From positions 1 through 39,176 of the forward strand of contig CAIMFR010000008.1 of assembly GCA_903840375.1 (NCBI GenBank): 39,176 nucleotides of DNA. Direction: 5' to 3'. Of the stretch, positions 12,630-22,471 are shown one piece after another. Each line of letters starts with the position of its first letter. Position 1 is the stretch's first letter. The position numbers and the translations under genes are program-made. Source of the stretch: Candidatus Adlerbacteria bacterium. GTDB lineage: Bacteria > Patescibacteriota > Minisyncoccia > Phycocordibacterales > SBAW01. The notes beneath the pieces are model-generated. The model had not been told where the DNA came from and did not search any database. It saw nothing but the letters and a program-made list of their open reading frames with translations.

Positions 12630-13934
12630 ATGGAAAAAATAGTGTCGCTGTGCAAGCGTCGCGGGTTCATATACCAAGGGTCTGAAATATACGGCGGGCT
12701 TGCGGGCACGTGGGATTACGGGCCGCTCGGCGTCGCGCTCAAAAATAATATAAAAAATACATGGTGGCGACTCTTCGTCGAAGGTCGCGATGATATGTAT
12801 GGCATAGATGCTGCGATACTCATGAGTCCGAAAGTGTGGGAAGCAAGCGGACACGTATCAGGTTTTTCCGACCCACTTGTCGAATGCGAAAAATGCAAGC
12901 GCCGTTTTCGCGCCGACCAAATAGAGGTTGGGGAAAATGGTATTCAATCTTGTCCGGACTGTGGTGCGAAGCTTGGCGCGTCTAGGCAATTCAACATGAT
13001 GTTCAAGACGCATATCGGCGCGACGGAGGACGAGTCGAGTGTGTCGTATCTTCGACCGGAAACAGCCGGCGGCATCTTTGTTAATTTTAAGAATGTCATG
13101 GATTCTTTCCACCCAAAACTTCCGTTTGGTATCGGGCAGGTGGGCAAGGCTTTCCGCAATGAGATAGCACCTCGCGATTTTATCTTTCGCGTGCGCGAGT
13201 TCGAACAGATGGAGATCGAATATTTCATTCGGCCGAGCGAATGGGAGGCGAAGTTTGAGGAATGGCGCGCTGCCGTGCATGAGTTCAATGCCGCGATCGG
13301 TATTCCAAAGGCGCAGGTGCACGAGCTTGAAGTTTTGCAGGAAGACCGTGCGTTTTACAGCAAACGCACGATAGATTTCGAATTCGATTTTCCGTTTGGC
13401 CGTAAAGAATTATATGGTTTGGCGTATCGCACCGATTACGATCTATCTGCGCATGAAAAAGGGTCAGGACAGCATCTTAGATATTCGGACGAGGGTGAGG
13501 AGTCGTTCGTGCCGCACGTCATAGAGCCGTCATTTGGTGTCGACCGCGCCGTGCTCGCCGTGCTCGCGTCCGCATATACAGAGGATGAGCTGGGAGGTGA
13601 GAAGCGCGTATATCTCAAATTGAAGCCGTCAGTCGCACCGGTTAAAGCTGCCGTTTTTCCATTGCTCAAAAACAAACCGGAGTTGGTGGCAAAAGCTCGC
13701 GAAATCTACATCGCTCTCAAAAAAGAAATCCCGCAGATAATGTGGGACGACAACGGCAACATCGGCAAACGCTATCGTAGGCAGGACGAGATAGGCACGC
13801 CGTGGTGCGTCACGGTCGACTTCGATACATTGGAAAACGGCACAGTTACCGTACGTGATCGCGACACCGGGCAGCAGGAGCGTGTGTCGGCGGCAGAACT
13901 CGCCAAGTTGTTTTCAGAAAAGATAAAAGTTTAA
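12630..13934 (+). CDS. glyQS: glycyl-tRNA synthetase (dimeric alpha2 type)
   Basis: Motifs: RRGFIYQGSEIYGGLAGTWDYGPLG, FRADQ...CPDCG, YLRPETAGGIF, FRNEIAPRDFIFRVREFEQMEIEYF, EPSFGVDR, and a C-terminal anticodon-binding domain. The start is ATG 12630 (MEKIVSL), or possibly 12609. Confidence 0.93.
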   Translation: MEKIVSLCKRRGFIYQGSEIYGGLAGTWDYGPLGVALKNNIKNTWWRLFVEGRDDMYGIDAAILMSPKVWEASGHVSGFSDPLVECEKCKRRFRADQIEVGENGIQSCPDCGAKLGASRQFNMMFKTHIGATEDESSVSYLRPETAGGIFVNFKNVMDSFHPKLPFGIGQVGKAFRNEIAPRDFIFRVREFEQMEIEYFIRPSEWEAKFEEWRAAVHEFNAAIGIPKAQVHELEVLQEDRAFYSKRTIDFEFDFPFGRKELYGLAYRTDYDLSAHEKGSGQHLRYSDEGEESFVPHVIEPSFGVDRAVLAVLASAYTEDELGGEKRVYLKLKPSVAPVKAAVFPLLKNKPELVAKAREIYIALKKEIPQIMWDDNGNIGKRYRRQDEIGTPWCVTVDFDTLENGTVTVRDRDTGQQERVSAAELAKLFSEKIKV

Positions 13935-13988
13935 TAATAAACATATAGGCTCGCACATATTTTGCGGCGGTTGTGTTAGGATGTGAAT

Positions 13989-15056
13989 ATGAACGACAGG
14001 AATATTACGGTCAACATCACATCTGGGAGCATAATCCGCACCATACTTTTCCTTTTGCTCATGACTGTATTGTGGTTCTTGCGCGACATCGTGTTGATCG
14101 TTTTGACCGCCGTGGTAATCGCATCGTCGATGGAACCTGGTGTGCGCGTGCTGATGCGTCGCGCCAAGATCTCGCGTGTATTCGCGGTTACCAGCATCTA
14201 CGCGCTCACCGGCATCGTATTTTTCGGCACTCTGGTGTTCTTTATTCCGCCGCTTCTTAATGATGCATCCACATTTCTTTCCCGACTTCCTAGTGCTCTA
14301 ACTTCATTTAACATTTCAGATGTTACGCACGGGCTTTTGCCGTGGGGCAATGTGTCAGACACCATCTCATCCTCCGATCTTTTGCGAAATATTTCCACTA
14401 CCATCGCCAACACAACGGGCGGCGTATTCACTACACTTTCGGCATTTTTCGGCGGACTGTATTCATTTGTGCTTATCGTCGTTTTTGCGATTTACTTTTC
14501 AGTGCAGGAGACGGGCGTTGAAGATTTCTTGCGCATCGTGACACCGGTCGGAAAGGAAGCATACGTGCTCCATCTATGGAAACGCTCGCAGGAAAAAATA
14601 GGCAAGTGGATGCAGGGTCAGCTGGTGCTCGCGGCGCTCGTGAGTATTTTACTCTATCTCGGCCTCGTGATCCTCGGCGTGCCAAATGCGCTTTTGCTCG
14701 CCGCAATAGCCGCTGTATTCGAACTCATTCCTGTATTCGGGCAATTTATGGCCGCAATCCCGGCCATTGTTGTCGCTTTCGGAAGCGGCGGCACGACGCT
14801 TGCACTTTTGGTCGCCGGACTTTACCTGATAGTGCAGCAATTCGAGGCACATCTCATCTATCCGCTCGTCGTTAAAAAGATCGTCGGCGTGCCGCCGCTT
14901 CTCGTCATACTTTCGCTCATTGTCGGATTAAAAATGGTAGGTTTTCTCGGTGTACTTCTTTCCGTGCCGATCGCCGGAGCGATACAGGAATATGTTTCTG
15001 ACATTAGCCGTGAAAAAGCTCGTGTGCTTGCTCAGAGGGGGTTGACTACGGAATGA
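13989..15056 (+). CDS. AI-2E family transporter (PerM/YhhT-like permease)
   Basis: A polytopic membrane protein with the family-typical C-terminal region: ELIPVFGQFMAAIPAIVVAF...LIVQQFEAHLIYPLVVKKIVGVPPLLVILSL. Confidence 0.85.
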   Translation: MNDRNITVNITSGSIIRTILFLLLMTVLWFLRDIVLIVLTAVVIASSMEPGVRVLMRRAKISRVFAVTSIYALTGIVFFGTLVFFIPPLLNDASTFLSRLPSALTSFNISDVTHGLLPWGNVSDTISSSDLLRNISTTIANTTGGVFTTLSAFFGGLYSFVLIVVFAIYFSVQETGVEDFLRIVTPVGKEAYVLHLWKRSQEKIGKWMQGQLVLAALVSILLYLGLVILGVPNALLLAAIAAVFELIPVFGQFMAAIPAIVVAFGSGGTTLALLVAGLYLIVQQFEAHLIYPLVVKKIVGVPPLLVILSLIVGLKMVGFLGVLLSVPIAGAIQEYVSDISREKARVLAQRGLTTE

Positions 15057-15077
15057 AAAGCTAGGTAGGATTCCGAT

Positions 15078-16517
15078 ATGTCCAACGAGAAAAAATTTTA
15101 CATTACCACGCCAATCTTCTACCCCAACGCGAAGCCGCACATGGGGCACGCGTACACGGTGGTGTTGAGCGACTGTCTGGCGCGCTACCATCGTTTGGTC
15201 GGTGATAGTACGTATCTTCTCTCCGGTCTCGATGAGAACACACAGAAGATGGTCAATTCCGCTCGTGCAGTCGGGAAGGAACCGCTTGAGTTTCTCGATG
15301 GCATTGCCAGCATTTTCAAAAATCTCTATACAGAGCTCGATATTTCCAACGACCAGTTCATTCGCACGACCGACCGGAAGGCGCATTGGCCCGGCGCGCA
15401 GGCGCTCTGGCAAAAATTGGTTGATTCCGGCGATATCTATAAAAAATCGTACGAAGGTTTGTATTGTGTCGGACACGAAGCATTCGTCACGGAGAAAGAT
15501 CTCGTCGACGGAAAGTGTCCGGACCATGCCACTGCACCGGAGTTTGTGAAAGAGGAAAATTATTTCTTCCGCCTTTCGCGGTACGCGCAACAGTTGCGGG
15601 AAAAGATCGCGAGCGATGAACTGCATATTTTCCCGCAGAGTAGAAAAAATGAAATACTCTCCTTTATCGACAAGGAAGGCTTGGATGACGTGAGTTTTTC
15701 TAGACCACGCAAAGCTGACTGGCCGAAAGGGCTCGGCATACCAGTGCCGGGAGATGATTCGCAGGTGATGTATGTCTGGTGCGACGCATTATCCAATTAC
15801 ATCACGGCGCTCGGCTACGGTCGCAACGACGAACTTTTCAAAACATTCTGGCCGGCAGACGTGCATGTTATTGGCAAAGATATTTTGCGATTCCATGCCG
15901 CCATTTGGCCGGGCATGCTTATGTCTGCGGGGCTTCCGTTGCCAAAGTCACTCATGGTGCACGGCCTTATCCTCTCCGGCGGAAAGAAAATGTCGAAAAC
16001 GCTCGGCAATGTTATAGATTCGCAGGATTTGCTTACAGAATATGGCGCGGAGGCGGTGCGCTACTATCTCGCGCGCCACGTCACGCCATTCGAGGATGGC
16101 GATGTTACGCCGGAAAGTTTCAAGGAAGTTTACAACGCCAATCTTGCCAATGGGCTTGGTAATCTTGCCGCACGCGTGATGAAATTGGCAGAGACGCATT
16201 TGGAAAAAGTAGACGTTCCGGAGCTGGTGGAGTTGCCGCCGGAGTACGTCGAGGCATTTGAGAAGTTTGAGATAAATCGCGCATTCGATATCATTTTTTC
16301 GCGTGTTCAAGCACTCGACCAAATGATAACGCAGACAGAGCCGTTCAAGCTGGTGAAGACCGACCTAGAGGCAGGAAAAAAACTCATAGCTGACATGGCA
16401 AAAGAGCTGTATCGCATTGGCCACTTCCTCACTCCATTTCTTCCAAAAACAGCAGAGAAAATAAAAGAAGCAGTACGCACCAATAAAAAACCGGAAACTT
16501 TATTCCCTAGGAAATGA
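15078..16517 (+). CDS. metG: methionyl-tRNA synthetase (short form)
   Basis: Motifs: FYITTPIFYPNAKPHMGHAYT (HIGH), YCVGHEAFV, VWCDALSNYIT, KMSKTLGN (KMSKS). Confidence 0.93.
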   Translation: MSNEKKFYITTPIFYPNAKPHMGHAYTVVLSDCLARYHRLVGDSTYLLSGLDENTQKMVNSARAVGKEPLEFLDGIASIFKNLYTELDISNDQFIRTTDRKAHWPGAQALWQKLVDSGDIYKKSYEGLYCVGHEAFVTEKDLVDGKCPDHATAPEFVKEENYFFRLSRYAQQLREKIASDELHIFPQSRKNEILSFIDKEGLDDVSFSRPRKADWPKGLGIPVPGDDSQVMYVWCDALSNYITALGYGRNDELFKTFWPADVHVIGKDILRFHAAIWPGMLMSAGLPLPKSLMVHGLILSGGKKMSKTLGNVIDSQDLLTEYGAEAVRYYLARHVTPFEDGDVTPESFKEVYNANLANGLGNLAARVMKLAETHLEKVDVPELVELPPEYVEAFEKFEINRAFDIIFSRVQALDQMITQTEPFKLVKTDLEAGKKLIADMAKELYRIGHFLTPFLPKTAEKIKEAVRTNKKPETLFPRK

Positions 16518-16767
16518 AAAGTGTGCACGGATAACTGATGGCTATATTGATTATCCTACATATGTAGGTATAGTAGTCCGCGGAGTAGTTGTGTATGTAA
16601 CTTGAAGTGAGAGGGTGATAAGTTCTGATGTGTTGTTTCTGGAGCAGCAGTTGGAGGAATACGATCCGGATGCGTATTTCACGGTAAAGGAGTTTCATCT
16701 TCTTGCTAGCCAGCTTAAATTAAGCTGAAAAAATGACTGGCAATTGTTTCGCAAATACCTATATCTC

Positions 16768-16801
16768 CCGCCTGGATCTATTTCCAGGCGGTATTTTTTT
16801 T
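16768..16801 (+). terminator. intrinsic terminator with no annotated gene directly upstream
   Basis: A 9-bp stem CCGCCTGGA / TCCAGGCGG with a 6-nt loop, followed by TATTTTTTTT. It lies 250 nt after the metG stop. Confidence 0.75.
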
Positions 16802-16826
16802 GAATATTGTAGTATCCTGTTCATGT

Positions 16827-17612
16827 ATGGATCTGAAATTGTTTGATACGCATTGTCACATTCAATTCGCGCAGTTTGATGCTGATAGAGATGCTGTTTT
16901 GGCGCGCATGGTGGAAAAAAAGATGGGCGCTGTTGTTGTGGGGACAGATTTGGCTAGTAGTCAGGTGGCGGTTGAATTGGCTCGGCAGCATGATTTTCTT
17001 TGGGTATCTGTTGGGCTGCATCCTACCGACAGCCATGGTGGAGTGTTTGATGAGGATGCGTTCGCCGAGCTCGCGAAAGACCCGAAAGTCGTCGCGATAG
17101 GTGAGTGTGGGCTCGATTATTTCCGCATCGCAGAAGCCGATAAGGAACGCGCAAAGAAAACACAGACGGATATTTTGCGGCCGCAGATCGAGCTTTCGAT
17201 AAAGGTAAAAAAACCGATGATGATACATTGCCGCGACGCGCACGAAGATCTTTTGCCGATGGTTGAGCAGTATAAACGAGAAAATAGCGATGGTTTGCAG
17301 GTGATCATGCACTTTTTCACCGGCACAGCAGAGCTTGCTCGCAAGTGTCTCGCGCTCGGTTGTTATTTGTCATTTCCCGGGCCGATCACTTTTACCGACA
17401 TGTATGACGAGTCGATAATCGCAACTCCGATGGATAAGATCTTGTCTGAGACCGATTCGCCATTTGCCGCTCCTGCAGAACACCGCGGACGTCGCAATGA
17501 ACCGGCATATGTCGAGGAAGTTGTCACCAAGCTCGCGTTACTCAGAAAAGTTTCTCAAGAAGAAATGTCAGCGCAAGTCGTCGCCAATGCCAAAAAGGTA
17601 TTCGGAATCTGA
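16827..17612 (+). CDS. tatD: TatD-family metal-dependent hydrolase/DNase
   Basis: Motifs: LFDTHCHIQF, GLHP, IGECGLDY, MMIHCRDAHED, HFFTG, ETDSPFAAP. I prefer ATG 16827 (MDLKLFDTHCH) over TTG 16800, which overlaps the terminator. Confidence 0.88.
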   Translation: MDLKLFDTHCHIQFAQFDADRDAVLARMVEKKMGAVVVGTDLASSQVAVELARQHDFLWVSVGLHPTDSHGGVFDEDAFAELAKDPKVVAIGECGLDYFRIAEADKERAKKTQTDILRPQIELSIKVKKPMMIHCRDAHEDLLPMVEQYKRENSDGLQVIMHFFTGTAELARKCLALGCYLSFPGPITFTDMYDESIIATPMDKILSETDSPFAAPAEHRGRRNEPAYVEEVVTKLALLRKVSQEEMSAQVVANAKKVFGI

Positions 17613-17650
17613 AAAGTTGCGCTTTTTTCGGACTATGCTAGGATATTCGC

Positions 17651-18172
17651 ATGACAGAAATATCGCAGGCCGAGGTTAAATCCGAGGCTTTATCCCAAGC
17701 GAAAATAGTAGAGAAGGGCCTCCCGGTATACGAGATCGCTTTTCACATCGCACCGTCTATCCCGGAGGATGGCGTTGCTGCTGTTGTTGAAAAGGTTCGC
17801 GCGACGCTTGGCGGCGCTGAGATCATTTCCGAGCGTTTCCCGCAGAAAATGACTCTCGCGTATACTGTTGAGCGCGCCGAGACCGGCAAACACGAGAAGT
17901 TCAACGAAGCATACTTTGGAGTCGTCAAATTTGCTGTCGACCGTAGTGCAATTCCTGCAATAGGAGTAGCTATTCGATCGATGCGAGACATCCTTCGCTT
18001 CCTTCTCATCGAGACGGTGCGCGAGGATATTTCAGTCGCGCCGCGCCGCACGGTATTTTCTTCCAACCGTTTGGAAGGCGAGACTCTTCACAAGCCTCTC
18101 GTCGAGGCGGAGAAGGGTGGAGAAGTATCCGATGTAGACCTTAACAAGTCGATCGAAGCACTTGTGGCATAA
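17651..18172 (+). CDS. rpsF: 30S ribosomal protein S6 with N- and C-terminal extensions
   Basis: The core reads YEIAFHIAP...LAYTVE...AYFGVVKF...DILRFLLIE. It sits in the canonical rpsF-ssb-rpsR arrangement. Confidence 0.85.
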   Translation: MTEISQAEVKSEALSQAKIVEKGLPVYEIAFHIAPSIPEDGVAAVVEKVRATLGGAEIISERFPQKMTLAYTVERAETGKHEKFNEAYFGVVKFAVDRSAIPAIGVAIRSMRDILRFLLIETVREDISVAPRRTVFSSNRLEGETLHKPLVEAEKGGEVSDVDLNKSIEALVA

Positions 18173-18179
18173 TTAGCAT

Positions 18180-18650
18180 ATGTACCTCAACAAAGCATTT
18201 CTCTACGGCAATCTTACACGCGACCCCGAGTTGCGCTCGTTGCCGTCCGGCGGGCAGGTTGCATCATTCTCGATAGCTACCAATCGCGTCTTCAAAAAGA
18301 CCGACGGCACGAAGCAGGAACAAGTCGACTTCCACAACATTGTCGTATTCGGCAAGCAAGCAGATATCGTGTCGCAGTATTGCAAGAAGGGCAGCCCTGT
18401 CTTGGTAGAAGGCCGCATTCAGACTCGCACATGGGAGAAAGATGGTGCGAAGCAGTATCGCACAGAGATAGTCTCCGACTATGTGCAGTTCGGTCCGCGC
18501 GCAGCAGGTGGTTCGTCTGCCGGCTCGCAAGGATATTCTGCAGGCAATTCGTCAGCATCGCACGGCGGGGCAGCCGAGCAGAAGTCGCCGAAAGAGGATG
18601 TGATCGAATATCCTCAGGAGGACATCAACACGGACGACATACCATTTTAA
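18180..18650 (+). CDS. ssb: single-stranded DNA-binding protein
   Basis: OB fold ([17 protein letters not shown]...FSIATNR...[11 protein letters not shown]...[11 protein letters not shown]), a G/S-rich linker and an acidic tip ending DDIPF. Confidence 0.93.
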   Translation: MYLNKAFLYGNLTRDPELRSLPSGGQVASFSIATNRVFKKTDGTKQEQVDFHNIVVFGKQADIVSQYCKKGSPVLVEGRIQTRTWEKDGAKQYRTEIVSDYVQFGPRAAGGSSAGSQGYSAGNSSASHGGAAEQKSPKEDVIEYPQEDINTDDIPF

Positions 18651-18663
18651 TCAAATTATTTTT

Positions 18664-18861
18664 ATGAAAACAGATACTTACGTCGCACATTTCCAGCATA
18701 TCGACTACAAAGACGTCGAGACGCTCAAAAAGTTCATCAACCCGCATGGCAAGATAATGGCGCGCCGCCGCACCGGTCTTTCCGCCGCCAACCAGCGCGC
18801 GCTAGCCGAGGCAGTCAAACGCGCCCGCTTCATGGCACTCATTCCGTACATCGTTCGATAG
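18664..18861 (+). CDS. rpsR: 30S ribosomal protein S18
   Basis: 65 aa reading [50 protein letters not shown]. Confidence 0.93.
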   Translation: MKTDTYVAHFQHIDYKDVETLKKFINPHGKIMARRRTGLSAANQRALAEAVKRARFMALIPYIVR

Positions 18862-18862
18862 T

Positions 18863-19432
18863 TTATTTCTTATCAACGCGCTCGACGTATGTGCCGAGTT
18901 CGGTGTTTATACGAACAATATCACCTTCGTTTACGAAAAGCGGAGCATTCACTGTCGCGCCGGTCTCGAGTGTGATCTGTTTCGTGCCACCTTGCGAAGT
19001 GTTTCCACGGACAGCAGGCGGAGCCTCTTTGACGAGAAGCTCCACTTTTATCGGAATGCGTATGGAGATTATTTTTTCATCAAATATGAGGGCGTCGACG
19101 ATCGTGTTCGGCTTGAGAAATTGACCGGCTGTGCCGATGAGATCTGAGCTGAGCTCGAAACGGTCTGCCGGATTTTCCTGCGAGCAGAACCAGAACTCAC
19201 CCCTGTTCGTATACAAATATTTAACACTCTTTGTTGAAAGTTCAGCCTCCTCCGCCTTTTCGGACTGATGGAATGCCTGCTCGGTCACTTTGCCGGTTAT
19301 CAAGTGGCGAAGCTTCGTCTGGTTTACAGGCTTGCGCTGTTGTTTGCGGAAGACATGTGCATCGAGTACTTCGTATGGCTGTCCGTCGAGCAAAATAACC
19401 TTTTTTGGCAAGATCTCGTTGTATTCAAGCAT
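18863..19432 (-). CDS. efp: elongation factor P
   Basis: 189 aa: LDGQPYEVLDAHVFRKQQRKPVNQTKLRHLITGKV ... three-domain EF-P pattern ... ETGATVNAPLFVNEGDIVRINTELGTYVERV. Confidence 0.93.
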   Translation of the reverse strand: MLEYNEILPKKVILLDGQPYEVLDAHVFRKQQRKPVNQTKLRHLITGKVTEQAFHQSEKAEEAELSTKSVKYLYTNRGEFWFCSQENPADRFELSSDLIGTAGQFLKPNTIVDALIFDEKIISIRIPIKVELLVKEAPPAVRGNTSQGGTKQITLETGATVNAPLFVNEGDIVRINTELGTYVERVDKK

Positions 19433-19507
19433 TTGTGCATGGTAGACCAGAAACTGTGAGTTGGCAACCTTTTTACTGCGTCAGTTGTTGTAGTAAATGA
19501 ACCGCAC

Positions 19508-20137
19508 ATGGTATATTCTGTGGCTATGGAAAGGGAATATTTATCGCTTGCTATCGAAGAAGTCGTGGCCGGCATGTCGGCCGAACGATCCGACGAGGAG
19601 GTTCTTGCCGCGTCGGTCATGCATCCGCACCTCTTTGCTGAGATCGTACGAAAATACGAAGCGCCATTCTTGCGCAAGGCACAGGGCATAGTCCATAGCG
19701 AGGAAGAGGCATCGGATGTGGTTCAGGAAGCATTCACCAAGATCTATCTCAACGCCGCGAAATTCAAAAAGCAGGAGGGTGCGAGTTTCTCCTCATGGGG
19801 GTATCGCATACTCATAAACACTGCGCTTACGCACTACGCAAAGCGCAAGCGAGAGGGAACATATCGCATGGATATTGAGCCGGAGATCATGGAGCTTTTG
19901 CCGGACAAGCAGCTACGCCAGTTCGAGAAGAAGGAATTGACCGATGAGATAGTCTCGGTTCTCTCACGCATGCCGGAATCGTTCGCGCGCGTGCTTACGC
20001 ATTTCTTTATCGACGGCAAGACGCAGGAGGAGATCGCGCACACGGAAGGCGTGACAGTCGGTGCCGTCAAGACTCGTGTTCATAGGGCGAAACAGGAGTT
20101 TCGTAGAATATACGAAACTATAAGCACAACTATTTAG
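19508..20137 (+). CDS. sigma-70 family RNA polymerase sigma factor (ECF-like, group 4)
   Basis: Region 2 (EEASDVVQEAFTKIY...FSSWGYRILINTALTHYAKRKRE) and region 4 HTH (QEEIAHTEGVTVGAVKTRVHRAKQEF). ATG 19526 is an alternative start. Confidence 0.85.
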   Translation: MVYSVAMEREYLSLAIEEVVAGMSAERSDEEVLAASVMHPHLFAEIVRKYEAPFLRKAQGIVHSEEEASDVVQEAFTKIYLNAAKFKKQEGASFSSWGYRILINTALTHYAKRKREGTYRMDIEPEIMELLPDKQLRQFEKKELTDEIVSVLSRMPESFARVLTHFFIDGKTQEEIAHTEGVTVGAVKTRVHRAKQEFRRIYETISTTI

Positions 20138-20152
20138 TTATCAATTGAAAGT

Positions 20153-20485
20153 ATGAGCAAGATAGAACAAAAAGTGATGGCGAGTGTGGTGGTTATTTAC
20201 GCGGTGCGCCGCGCTACCAGTCCTTTCATGTTGAAAATGTATACACTGGTGCTGTCTGTGGTTGGCATCGCGGCGTTCGTATCGCTTTCGCACGTGACGA
20301 GTAATTTCATGTCCGCGATGCAGGGAGGGCTCCCAAGTATTGCGACATTTACCGCTACAGCACTGCTTCAAACTAAGTTTGTAGTGCAGCTTGCGTTGGT
20401 TGTCGGCGCGGCGGCCGTCGCTTCTCTTTCTATAGATGTATTGCGAATGCAAAATAGACAACCAATGCCTTTTGTTGTCGGGTAG
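20153..20485 (+). CDS. small membrane protein, possible anti-sigma partner (hypothetical)
   Basis: 110 aa with 3 predicted hydrophobic helices. It starts 15 nt after the sigma-factor stop. The function is inferred from position only. Confidence 0.6.
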   Translation: MSKIEQKVMASVVVIYAVRRATSPFMLKMYTLVLSVVGIAAFVSLSHVTSNFMSAMQGGLPSIATFTATALLQTKFVVQLALVVGAAAVASLSIDVLRMQNRQPMPFVVG

Positions 20486-20647
20486 TGCGCGGGTGTAACA
20501 AACAGGAATGGAGTATCGTGAGATGGGACTTCCTACATTTGGTCTGTGCGACCGAGATTTTGAAGGAGATAAACTTTTTAGTGCATAGGTGGTTTATGCG
20601 TTTTATGGTAGGTTGGTTCGCAGATCGTGTTATTGGAGGAGATTTAA

Positions 20648-20890
20648 ATGGCTCGTAAAAAGGTGATCAATCGTACCTGTCGCGGTGGGGCGCTATATCT
20701 GGCAGATCTGCCGCCTGCGACGACGGTGGCAGAAGTGATCAAGATGATGACCGAGAAGGGGTTTACGGTGGCGATTCTGCCGCCAGACTTGCAACCCGAT
20801 GCGCTTGAGGAATTGGATGACCCTCCGGCAGGAGTTGTCGGCGAGGAGGAGCAGAAGGTTGAGTTTATAGATCCGGGTGATGTGGGCTAA
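20648..20890 (+). CDS. small acidic hypothetical protein (80 aa)
   Basis: GGAGGAG at 20636-20642 lies 5 nt before the ATG. A hairpin terminator follows. Confidence 0.6.
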   Translation: MARKKVINRTCRGGALYLADLPPATTVAEVIKMMTEKGFTVAILPPDLQPDALEELDDPPAGVVGEEEQKVEFIDPGDVG

Positions 20891-20898
20891 ATTTTCGA

Positions 20899-20936
20899 AA
20901 AGGCTGACAAGTTTTTACTTGCCGGCCTTTTTTCTT
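20899..20936. terminator. hairpin between convergent genes (bidirectional terminator candidate)
   Basis: AAAGGCTGACAAGT-TTTT-ACTTGCCGGCCTTT with one mismatch and one G-T pair. An A-run lies 5' and a T-rich run lies 3'. Confidence 0.6.
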
Positions 20937-20952
20937 TCTTATTCGTTTTTAT

Positions 20953-22041
20953 TTAGTCCGCATCTGCTTCGCTGCTTCCGCCTCCGGCTTTTCCTGTGGT
21001 GTTTTCCAGCAATCCTTTTTTAATCTCGCTGAGGAGTTTTGTTGCAACAGGTTTATTTTCTCGCAGGTAGGTGCGTGATGCGTCATAGCCGCGGCCTAGT
21101 TTTTCCTCGCCGTATGAATATGAGCTGCCACTTTTCTTCACTAGCCCCATGCCTTCGCCGAGCGCGAGCAGTTCACCCTCGCGCGAGATTCCTTCATTGT
21201 AGAGGAGATCGAATTCGACTTTGCGGAACGGTGCGGCGATTTTATTCTTCACAACTTTGATTCGATGCCGCCCGCCTACGACTTCTTCTCCTTTTTTTAT
21301 CTGAGCAATTCGGCGTATGTCGAGGCGCACCGATGTGTAAAATTTGAGCGCTTTGCCTCCCGGCGTGGTCTCCGGGTTGCCGAACATCATGCCTATTTGC
21401 ATGCGGATCTGGTTAATGAAAATGACGATAGTTTTGGACTTGGCGGTGATAGCGGTCAGTTTGCGAAGTGCCTGCGACATGAGGCGTGCCTGTTTGCCGA
21501 CGTGCATTGCGCCCATGTCTCCCTCGATCTCGTCCCTTGGCGTGAGAGCGGCAACAGAATCGATGACGATGATGTCGATCTTGCCGGAACGCACGAGTGA
21601 CTCGACTATCTCGAGCGCCTGCTCACCGGTGTCCGGCTGCGAGATGAGTAATTCGTCGAGTTTGACGCCGATCTTCCTGGCATACTCCGGGTCGAGCGCG
21701 TGTTCCGCGTCGATAAATGCGCAGATACCGCCTTTTTTCTGAGCTTCAGCGATTGCGTGGAGCGAAAGTGTGGTCTTGCCGGATGATTCCGGTCCAAAGA
21801 TCTCGAGAATGCGTCCGCGGGGGTAGCCGCCGATGCCGAGTGCCCAGTCGAGCCCGATTGAGCCGGAGGGAATAGCATCGATGTCGACTCGCGGCGCATC
21901 GCCGAGCTTCATGATAGATTCATCGCCGAATTTTGTTTTTATTTCGCGAATAGCCGCGTCGATGGCACTCATATCGCGTACGCCGGATTGTCCGCTAACC
22001 ACTTTTTCTTTAGCAACTTTCACCTTAGTTTCTTTTATCAT
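20953..22041 (-). CDS. recA: recombinase RecA
   Basis: Motifs: [17 protein letters not shown] (Walker A), [49 protein letters not shown]. Confidence 0.96.
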   Translation of the reverse strand: MIKETKVKVAKEKVVSGQSGVRDMSAIDAAIREIKTKFGDESIMKLGDAPRVDIDAIPSGSIGLDWALGIGGYPRGRILEIFGPESSGKTTLSLHAIAEAQKKGGICAFIDAEHALDPEYARKIGVKLDELLISQPDTGEQALEIVESLVRSGKIDIIVIDSVAALTPRDEIEGDMGAMHVGKQARLMSQALRKLTAITAKSKTIVIFINQIRMQIGMMFGNPETTPGGKALKFYTSVRLDIRRIAQIKKGEEVVGGRHRIKVVKNKIAAPFRKVEFDLLYNEGISREGELLALGEGMGLVKKSGSSYSYGEEKLGRGYDASRTYLRENKPVATKLLSEIKKGLLENTTGKAGGGSSEADAD

Positions 22042-22108
22042 GGCGAAAGTATATCAGCTTTTATATGGATGCAAACCTAGACAGGTATCCTTTCTGCGTG
22101 CAGAAACC

Positions 22109-22471
22109 TTAGTTGTGATTTTGATCCAAAACAGTAATTGAAACCGACTTAGATGCGCGTCTTCCGAATCGGTCGGCGGCCGCTACGGTGAGAGTCGTGT
22201 ATCCAGGCGGCGGGGAAAGGGTGAGGGAAAAATTGCCGGCTTGGTCGGTGAATGCAGGCGCATCGTCTATTGTGAGGAATGAAATATTTTTTGCCGTGCC
22301 GATGATTGTGACTGTCGTTGACGCTATGGCGCTGCCGTCGATTGGCGAAGTGATGACGATCTCCGGCCCTTCGAGCAGTTTGCGCGCTTCAAATGAGCCG
22401 TAGCCGAGTACGACAAGGAGCAGAATGACGACAATTATGATCTTTTTAGAACTCCGTTGCTGTTTCATCAT
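22109..22471 (-). CDS. membrane-anchored protein with an Ig-like fold (hypothetical)
   Basis: 120 aa with an N-terminal TM helix (IIIVVILLLVVLGY), then ITSPIDGS...TVTIIGTAKN...GNFSLTLSPPPGYTTLTVAAAD. The start overlaps the ftsK 3' end by 26 nt. Confidence 0.6.
   Translation of the reverse strand: MMKQQRSSKKIIIVVILLLVVLGYGSFEARKLLEGPEIVITSPIDGSAIASTTVTIIGTAKNISFLTIDDAPAFTDQAGNFSLTLSPPPGYTTLTVAAADRFGRRASKSVSITVLDQNHN

Noticed and set aside
14928-15626. A 232-aa minus-strand ORF opposite metG. The same applies to 26497-27129 (210 aa) opposite the surface-protein gene and 638-1246 opposite glyA
   Set aside because: All lie antisense to well-supported genes, lack SD sequences and have no recognisable motifs.
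20541-20557. GGTCTGTGCGACCGAGA, which resembles a collapsed version of the element A/B core blocks (GGTCTGGC ... ACCGAGGA)
   Set aside because: It contains mismatches in both blocks, lacks convincing flanking inverted repeats and has no inner hairpin. I treat it as coincidental unless a genome-wide family model picks it up.
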